This document shows positions 38,919-44,441 of a DNA stretch of 46,106 nucleotides, in pieces. The stretch's first letter is position 1. Each line of letters begins with the position of its first letter. A program made the position numbers and the translations under genes. The DNA is taken from NCBI GenBank assembly GCA_000434775.1, contig FR895492.1:129520-175625 (forward strand), in the 5' to 3' direction. The notes beneath the pieces are model-generated. The model worked only from the letters and a program-made list of their open reading frames with translations. It had not been told where the DNA came from and did no database searches. This DNA comes from Eggerthella sp. CAG:368 (GTDB lineage: Bacteria > Actinomycetota > Coriobacteriia > Coriobacteriales > Eggerthellaceae).

Positions 38919-40034
38919 TTACTTGTGACCATCGGCACAACTCACTCGTTCAATAAGGTCTCCCACATCAGGCAGATCATAATGCTTATACGTAATGGCA
39001 TCGGTGGTATGCCCTAACAACTTAGCTATGTCTTCCAAATCTACGCCCTTGGTTCTCATATTAGTGGTGTAGCTATTCCTCAAATTTTTCAAGGGAATAA
39101 ACGGGTATTCTTTATCCAAAAACCAACGCTTATACTCACGCTTAACCTCCTCGGGATTTCTTGGCTGTCCAAGCCCGTTATCACACATCCACGCTAAACC
39201 ATCTTCTTGTGCTTGGCTTGCGAGTTCTAATATTCGATTTGTCCACGGCGGCGCAATAATAGCCCAACGCGATTCAATTCCCGCCGAATCTTCTGTTTTA
39301 AGCTTGTCCCTAACGCTTATCTTGCGGTTAACAATCTGCACAGTGGTATCAATGAGCAAAGCGGCGTATATATCGCCTTTATGCTCGATTGCGCTAATCT
39401 TTTCAGGCTTTAACCCAAACGCTTCAGAGACACGGCAGCCACCAAACGCAGCAGCCAAAAACACCGCTTCCCACACTTCCCCACGCGCGGCTTCTGCGAT
39501 TTTGCCAAGCGTAGCATCATCTCCCGTTGTCTTGTTGACGTTAATCACTCGCGTTTCTTTGCCTGGCAATCTGTAACGCCGCTGCATAATGTTTTCGCTC
39601 ACATAATCCATAGCATGAGCGCGTCCGAGCATTGCCGAGAAAGCAGTTTTAGCATGCCTAGCCGCACCATAGCTCATGGAATCAAGCCAAGCCTGAACTT
39701 CTTTACCTGTTATTTCATTTAATAGATGCTTACCGAACACGGGCTCAATTTTACTTCTGTAGATATTTCTATAGCCTGCAACAGTCGAAGGCGCTAAATG
39801 TTGTTCGATCTCTGGCAGGTAATACTTAACCCAGAAGAATGATACTGTCATTTGAGCGTCTGCTTGCTCAATATCGGCATGGATACGATCGAGTTCTAAT
39901 CGAGCATCCTTTTTGGTGCCGTGTATGGTTTTAGTGCCATAAAGACGTTTTCCCGTTTTAGCATCGTAGCCTTTAGGCCAGCGGATGCGCCAAGCATCGC
40001 CGCGCTTGCCAATGCTTCCCCATTCGCTTCTCAT
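38919..40034 (-). CDS. int: Tyrosine-type site-specific integrase
   Basis: 371 aa. N-terminal arm-binding-like region (WRIRWPKGYDAKTGKR), a SAM-like core-binding domain and a catalytic domain with R (GCRVSEAFGL), LRNSY, LGH and the nucleophile Y (ITYKHYD). SD AAGGTAAGGTGA is upstream. Confidence 0.92.
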   Translation of the reverse strand: MRSEWGSIGKRGDAWRIRWPKGYDAKTGKRLYGTKTIHGTKKDARLELDRIHADIEQADAQMTVSFFWVKYYLPEIEQHLAPSTVAGYRNIYRSKIEPVFGKHLLNEITGKEVQAWLDSMSYGAARHAKTAFSAMLGRAHAMDYVSENIMQRRYRLPGKETRVINVNKTTGDDATLGKIAEAARGEVWEAVFLAAAFGGCRVSEAFGLKPEKISAIEHKGDIYAALLIDTTVQIVNRKISVRDKLKTEDSAGIESRWAIIAPPWTNRILELASQAQEDGLAWMCDNGLGQPRNPEEVKREYKRWFLDKEYPFIPLKNLRNSYTTNMRTKGVDLEDIAKLLGHTTDAITYKHYDLPDVGDLIERVSCADGHK

Positions 40035-40282
40035 GGTACAATCACCTTACCTTCCGTTTATCGGTTGGTGTTCGTTTAGCCTCGCGCATATGAGCGGCAA
40101 CTCTGCGCGAGGTTTCTTTATTGCGTTGGCTTATCTGAACTGCTAATTTGCATTTTTTGCAATAACCACTCCCCCTAAACTTGCAGTTAATTTTTAATCT
40201 TTTTTGATAAGATATAAGCGGAACCTGAACGCGCGATAATGCGTCAGTAGGATTCCACAGGGGGCGGCTTTTGCCGCCCACC

Positions 40283-40699
40283 TTATTTATTTGAGGCTGA
40301 ATCTCTTGGCGAAAACGCTGGAATACTAAAAGATTCATATACTCCACTTGCGGTAGCTATTTTTATATAGGTACGCGCAATGTCTATCACTTTAAGTGCG
40401 CCTTCGTCTTTTAAGTACTCGTCCTTTTGGTCTTCTGTGGCATCGTCAAGGAAAATGAATATTGTTCTCGATTTGAAATGAATATCATAAGTTGGAGCAC
40501 CATTACTATCTACATCCAATACAAAATCGAGTACGATGTCGCCTTTGTCGTTTCTTTGTGGAAGAAACTTATAGTTCACAATTAGTTCGTGGCGTTTTTC
40601 TTCTTTGTTTTTCGCTTCAATATTGGACGCAAACGAAAACTCAAGAACCTTGCTATCGTCCATGTATACTGACAAGGGGGCAATCTTTTCAAAACTCAT
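40283..40699 (-). CDS. SecB-like chaperone (candidate TAC chaperone)
   Basis: 138 aa. It starts 2 nt after the MqsA-like stop, with GGGAGA as SD. By-eye similarity to SecB blocks: VLEFSFASNIEA versus SecB KDISFEAPNAP. Also ALKVIDIARTYIKIATASGVYESFSIPAF versus SecB [29 protein letters not shown] and Mtb Rv1957 YPYIREYVYDLTGRLALPPLTL. Confidence 0.6.
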   Translation of the reverse strand: MSFEKIAPLSVYMDDSKVLEFSFASNIEAKNKEEKRHELIVNYKFLPQRNDKGDIVLDFVLDVDSNGAPTYDIHFKSRTIFIFLDDATEDQKDEYLKDEGALKVIDIARTYIKIATASGVYESFSIPAFSPRDSASNK

Positions 40700-40701
40700 A
40701 A

Positions 40702-41193
40702 TTACATCTCCCTTGCTTCAAAATCATACGAAGCTTGTTCTTTTTGCGCCTTAGGAAATGGTAAAATAATGCAGTCCCCTCTATCTGCCATAATGCCAAC
40801 CTGCTTTATGCTTTCCATAAAGATATTGTCATGCTCTTTATAGATTCTCATGAGGTTATCTACAGGCTTTGTTTGTAATACTTTTCCGCTTTCCCAACGC
40901 GAAACAGTAGGGTCAGCAACACCTAGAACGCGCTGAAATTCTTTCTGTGTCAACCCATGACGCTTTCTTAGTTCCTTTATCCCTGTTGGAGATAAAAGCC
41001 CCACAGCTTTTGAGTACTGGTCAATAATTTGTTGGTCGTATTTCTTTCCCTCGGCAGCATCAAATACAATTTCGTCGCACTTTTCGCACTGGTAATAATT
41101 AATTCCACAAATAGTTAATTCTTCGCCGCGGAATACCTCAGTAAACGGCGCTGATGTTAAATGCATCTCTCCACCACATTCTAAGCAGCGCAT
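40702..41193 (-). CDS. MqsA-family antitoxin (Zn-ribbon + XRE HTH) with a C-terminal extension of about 31 aa
   Basis: 163 aa. MRCLECGGEM...FRGEEL...YYQCEKCDE matches the MqsA N-terminal CxxC...CxxC domain, and LRKRHGLTQKEFQRVLGVADPTVSRWESG matches the HTH. The tail VGIMADRGDCIILPFPKAQKEQASYDFEAREM extends past the end of E. coli MqsA. SD AAGGAG lies 6 nt upstream. Confidence 0.85.
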   Translation of the reverse strand: MRCLECGGEMHLTSAPFTEVFRGEELTICGINYYQCEKCDEIVFDAAEGKKYDQQIIDQYSKAVGLLSPTGIKELRKRHGLTQKEFQRVLGVADPTVSRWESGKVLQTKPVDNLMRIYKEHDNIFMESIKQVGIMADRGDCIILPFPKAQKEQASYDFEAREM

Positions 41194-41203
41194 AATAAAC
41201 TCC

Positions 41204-41527
41204 TTAATATGTATAGCCGTCCTCTTTTAAAGACCAAATCTCTAAAGAGGCTTTTCCGTTCTCTTCAATAAAAAACTTTACATACCATTCTTCGCCGTAA
41301 CAAATAACATGACGGTAAATATCAGCGAAAACTCCTGGAATATTTTCTAGCTTGTCGGTCTTGTAATAGTTCTCTGGGCGAATCGCAGCAAATACGTCTT
41401 CTATTGTCTCGTCTACAATGTACCCATGGTTTTGTAGATTGTTCCTAAGCCTCTTTGTTGCTCGATAGTTTGCTTCTTTGACGAGATTTTGCGCAACTTC
41501 AAGGTCGTAATAAGGCTCTCTTTCCAT
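41204..41527 (-). CDS. MqsR-family type II toxin (mRNA interferase)
   Basis: It aligns by eye along E. coli MqsR: YDLEVAQNLVKEANYRATK versus RLSQVKKLVNAGQVRTTR; ENYYKT versus SDFYKS; ADIYRH versus QDVYRP; WYVKF versus VYLKI; SLKED versus SFKEK. ATG 41527 is preferred (GGGGAG upstream). The ORF-track start 41533 is a TTG. Confidence 0.8.
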   Translation of the reverse strand: MEREPYYDLEVAQNLVKEANYRATKRLRNNLQNHGYIVDETIEDVFAAIRPENYYKTDKLENIPGVFADIYRHVICYGEEWYVKFFIEENGKASLEIWSLKEDGYTY

Positions 41528-41566
41528 GCGCAAACGCTCCCCTTTCTCCCATAATTTAGCACCATG

Positions 41567-41806
41567 CTAAATTAAGCTCAATAGAACATCTGTTTTTGCA
41601 CATATGGGTTCTAGTTCAAGTTCACCCTCGGAAACAATGTTTCTTAAATGCTTGCTTACAACTGTTCGACCTACATCAAAAAGCACAGCAATTTCTTCTT
41701 GCGTAAGCCAAAAGGTCTCATTCATATAGCGAACCTCGACAGGGACGTTTGTTTCTCCTGACTGATAAAGAATTATTTCAGCCTTAATCGGTTCGTTATT
41801 ATCCAT
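41567..41806 (-). pseudogene. N-terminal fragment (79 aa) of a RhuM-family protein
   Basis: IILYQSGETNVPVEVRYMNETFWLTQEEIAVLFDVGRTVVSKHLRNIVSEGEL matches the N-terminus typical of RhuM-family proteins, which are about 330 aa. The frame stops after about 79 aa, only 33 nt before the MqsR-like gene. Confidence 0.55.
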
Positions 41807-41978
41807 TTTGTTTCTCCATGTCCTCCCGAATAAGCCTCTTAATGTAGCCCGCTTTATTGGGTTGCGCGTCTAAATGAGCCAACAGATCGGCTTCACGCGG
41901 GGAAAACCTCACAACACGCTGAACAAGCTTTTCTTTGTGGTACTTCTTAGATGCTCTCTTTTGAGCTTCGGTAACCAT
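41799..41978 (-). CDS. Small ribbon-helix-helix (Arc/CopG-like) protein, 59 aa
   Basis: It is below the ORF-track cutoff. My translation is MVTEAQKRASKKYHKEKLVQRVVRFSPREADLLAHLDAQPNKAGYIKRLIREDMEKQNG. SD GAAGGAG lies 7 nt upstream of ATG 41978. Its stop overlaps the next ATG (AATGGATAA). Confidence 0.65.
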   Translation of the reverse strand: MVTEAQKRASKKYHKEKLVQRVVRFSPREADLLAHLDAQPNKAGYIKRLIREDMEKQNG

Positions 41979-42063
41979 TGCTATACTCCTTCATATGGAG
42001 GCGGCTTTAAGCTTCTTTCGGGAGAGCCTTGTCGGCTCTCCCTTGTTGCTCACTTCTTGCGAT

Positions 42064-42092
42064 TAAGAAGCTTGCACTTTATGGATACAGTG
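42064..42092 (-). promoter_or_regulatory. Near-consensus sigma-70 promoter with an embedded 18-bp perfect palindrome (operator candidate)
   Basis: The minus strand reads TTGACG (42092-42087), a 17-nt spacer, then TATAAT (42069-42064). TATAGTGTATACACTATA (42066-42083) is a perfect palindrome covering most of the spacer and 4 nt of the -10. The promoter drives the leader, RHH, RhuM fragment and MqsRA-SecB-like operon. Confidence 0.6.
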
Positions 42093-42283
42093 AGGGCGAG
42101 TCGCCATATCCGAATTGTGAAACTCATTGCCGCCTCCTTTCTTTTCTTTAACTTACAGTTATTATTATAGTGTATACACTATATACCGTCAAGCAAATAA
42201 TAAAAGAAATTCAGCGTTTATCAGGTGTTTTACCCAGCCTTGGTATGTATTGGTAAAGATTCGGAGCTATCTTTTTCGATTTA

Positions 42284-43117
42284 TTAATCCTGAAAGACAA
42301 TCAACAAACTCCAATAGTTAGCACGTCCTCCAAATGCATATTTCTTCTTTACATAACCGGAATAAATTATCTTTTTACCAACACAATTAGCAAGATTCTT
42401 ATATCTTGAACTTCTCGCATTAATATCAAAGAGAATTTCATCTTTTGCTTTTATAAGAACATGCGGTTTCTGTGTTGGTTTATGATCTACTGAAAAACTA
42501 ACCGTTAAACAAAGAGGAACTTCGTTCTTTTCCTCTTTGTCCGCTAAAAAACCCTCCTCGTATATATTGGCAATAAAAAAGTTGAAATTTGCTGGAAGAT
42601 CTATAGAAACAGATTCCCTAACTAGATTCTTTTCTCTCTCTTCGTCTCTTTGTCTAGATAACTCTTTCCCTTTTTCGTTTTCCAAAATAAAAAGTTCTAC
42701 ATAATTTGTCAGCGTTAGCTCTGTTCCGGCTTTCGGGAAAACTACCGCAAATGGAGCATAATCACCAACATCGTACCCTGATCTTTCGAGATAACCATTG
42801 CTTAAAATGCCGACCATTACCCCGCTATTGGACACTACAGCATAATCTCCTTCCTGAAAATTCCAATCAGTTATACGCTTTTTCCAATGCCTTGGAAGAT
42901 GGGCTTGCGATGGGTGTACCACCCTAAGAAGAACGGTGTCTCCATTTATCCCTATAAGTATCCACCTAAAGTAAGCACAGGCAGAAACACGCCAAGCATC
43001 AGCAACGTAAGCAGAAGGAGAGTAATATTCAGACCCTCTAGAGTTTTTGCCTTTTCCTTCGGAAGTGAAACTCCAAGATCTTTCTCCTCTTTTTTCTATA
43101 ACGGTGAACTCTTTCAC
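42284..43117 (-). CDS. Hypothetical protein, 277 aa, no recognisable domain; co-transcribed with the prophage repressor
   Basis: Long clean ORF. GTG 43117 lies 20 nt after the repressor stop on the same strand, with no intervening hairpin. I could not match any motif. By eye it is more AT-rich than its neighbours. Confidence 0.75.
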   Translation of the reverse strand: MKEFTVIEKRGERSWSFTSEGKGKNSRGSEYYSPSAYVADAWRVSACAYFRWILIGINGDTVLLRVVHPSQAHLPRHWKKRITDWNFQEGDYAVVSNSGVMVGILSNGYLERSGYDVGDYAPFAVVFPKAGTELTLTNYVELFILENEKGKELSRQRDEEREKNLVRESVSIDLPANFNFFIANIYEEGFLADKEEKNEVPLCLTVSFSVDHKPTQKPHVLIKAKDEILFDINARSSRYKNLANCVGKKIIYSGYVKKKYAFGGRANYWSLLIVFQD

Positions 43118-43137
43118 TAATCAACCTATCTCGTTTA

Positions 43138-43767
43138 CTAAAATTCCCAGTCGAACGGCAAAACGTAATAGACAACTCTACCTATAATGGTTATCTGCTC
43201 TGTTCCTTCTTCGTTATAGTTAAAAGTCTTTGTAGTGTATGTCGGATCATCAGAATCTGGTATTAGCTGGAATCCATTAGCAAGCTGCTTTACCCTCTTA
43301 ATGGTTGCATCGTAGCCATTAACACACACCGCATAGGGTTCATTGTCGTGGTCTATTTCTTTACAGGGATCAACCAGCGCAAAGCAGCCATTAGGAAGTA
43401 CACGATTCATACTCTCCCCCTCTACCTTTAACAGGAAGGCATCGGGATATTTTTCGTGTACCTTAGTTGGCACTGGTTGAGTTCCTTCAATATCAAGCAT
43501 TTCTATTGGCGTTCCAGCTGCAATGGATCCGTATAGAGGAACATCAACCATGGCACTATTAGGCAGTGACGAATTTTCCATTCCTAGCAAGTAAGATATA
43601 GTCACTCCAAGTGTCGCGCTCAGCTTAATTAAGACACTAGATTTTATGTCTCGAGCGCCAGCCTCATACCTTTGTATTGTTTGCTGGGTTGTCCCCATTT
43701 TGTCGGCAAGGTCTTGCTGAGACCATCCTTTTGCTATGCGAGCTTCCGCAATTTTATATCCAGCCAT
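43138..43767 (-). CDS. CI/LexA-like prophage repressor (XRE HTH + S24 autopeptidase)
   Basis: 209 aa. HTH (WSQQDLADKMGTTQQTIQRYEAG), an Ala-Gly cleavage region (GSIAAGTP) and a Ser/Lys dyad (VEGESMNRV, ATIKRV). Confidence 0.9.
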   Translation of the reverse strand: MAGYKIAEARIAKGWSQQDLADKMGTTQQTIQRYEAGARDIKSSVLIKLSATLGVTISYLLGMENSSLPNSAMVDVPLYGSIAAGTPIEMLDIEGTQPVPTKVHEKYPDAFLLKVEGESMNRVLPNGCFALVDPCKEIDHDNEPYAVCVNGYDATIKRVKQLANGFQLIPDSDDPTYTTKTFNYNEEGTEQITIIGRVVYYVLPFDWEF

Positions 43768-43789
43768 TTTTATATCCTTCGGATGTTAT

Positions 43790-43882
43790 ACACCGATATA
43801 GTGTTATTTTTTCACACCAAAACGGTTGCATGCAACACCAGAGGGGTGTATATTTATCACATCACAAACACCGTTTCGGTGT
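43790..43882. promoter_or_regulatory. Immunity-switch operator array and divergent promoters
   Basis: There are four 15-bp sites of form ACACC-N5-GGTGT. They are 43790-43804 (ACACCGATATAGTGT), 43814-43828 (ACACCAAAACGGTTG), 43835-43849 (ACACCAGAGGGGTGT) and 43868-43882 (ACACCGTTTCGGTGT). A 14-bp palindrome GGTTGCATGCAACC lies at 43824-43837. The rightward promoter is TTGCAT (43826-31), a 17-nt spacer and TATATT (43849-54). Confidence 0.6.
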
Positions 43883-43894
43883 TAGGAGGTGAAA

Positions 43895-44119
43895 ATGAGA
43901 GGAAATATGAAAGCAGAAAGAGCGCGCTTAAACCTGTCGCTCGAAGATGTAGCTAATGCCGTTGGAGTTAACAAGAACTCTGTGGCTCGATGGGAGAGCG
44001 GAGAAGTCGAACCTGTCTCCGAGAATCTCGAAAAACTAGCAGAACTGTACGGGTGCTCTGTGGAGTACTTGCTTGAACAAACACCAGATCGCCACGGGAA
44101 AGCGATTGCAAAAGTTTAA
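43895..44119 (+). CDS. Cro/CI-family HTH protein (Cro-like)
   Basis: MRGNMKAERARLNLSLEDVANAVGVNKNSVARWESGEVEP. AGGAGG lies 5 nt upstream of ATG 43895. The ORF-track start 43889 is a GTG inside the SD. Confidence 0.85.
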   Translation: MRGNMKAERARLNLSLEDVANAVGVNKNSVARWESGEVEPVSENLEKLAELYGCSVEYLLEQTPDRHGKAIAKV

Positions 44120-44279
44120 ACATCCCCAAACACTCCCCTATGTGGCAGCAGGTACCTAATTCGGATTTCTCCTAATCGGTTGCCTCATTTTGCCCCTTAA
44201 ACCCATCTACCTGCTGTCATTTAGGGAGTGTTTAGCACCTTGAAAACCGCATAAAGACACGAAGAGAAAGGAGGAAGAG

Positions 44280-44441
44280 ATGGAAGCCTTAGTAGTAGAA
44301 CTCGTGCCGAAAATTAAGGGCTGCGATCTTAAAAAAATTCTCAAAATCACAGCCCATTTAAAGTGGCACGCAGAAGAAGCAGAACGCCTTTCTAGAGAAC
44401 TTAACGAAGAACTTGCTAAAGCCGAACCTCACGTTGACTAA
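44280..44441 (+). CDS. Small hypothetical phage protein, 53 aa
   Basis: Below the ORF-track cutoff. AAAGGAGGAAGAG lies immediately upstream of ATG 44280. Translation: MEALVVELVPKIKGCDLKKILKITAHLKWHAEEAERLSRELNEELAKAEPHVD. Confidence 0.55.
   Translation: MEALVVELVPKIKGCDLKKILKITAHLKWHAEEAERLSRELNEELAKAEPHVD

Noticed and set aside
40042-40347. 101-aa minus-strand ORF between the SecB-like gene and int
   Set aside because: It starts at a GTG inside the SecB-like coding region, lacks an SD and reads through a GC hairpin. I kept it only as a doubtful item in the findings, not as a feature.
41874-42170. 98-aa plus-strand ORF (MSQQIGFTRGKPHNT...)
   Set aside because: It has no SD and its composition is low-complexity and hydrophobic. 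It runs antisense through the RHH gene and the GC-rich palindromic leader. The minus strand here has a consensus promoter and SD-supported ORFs.
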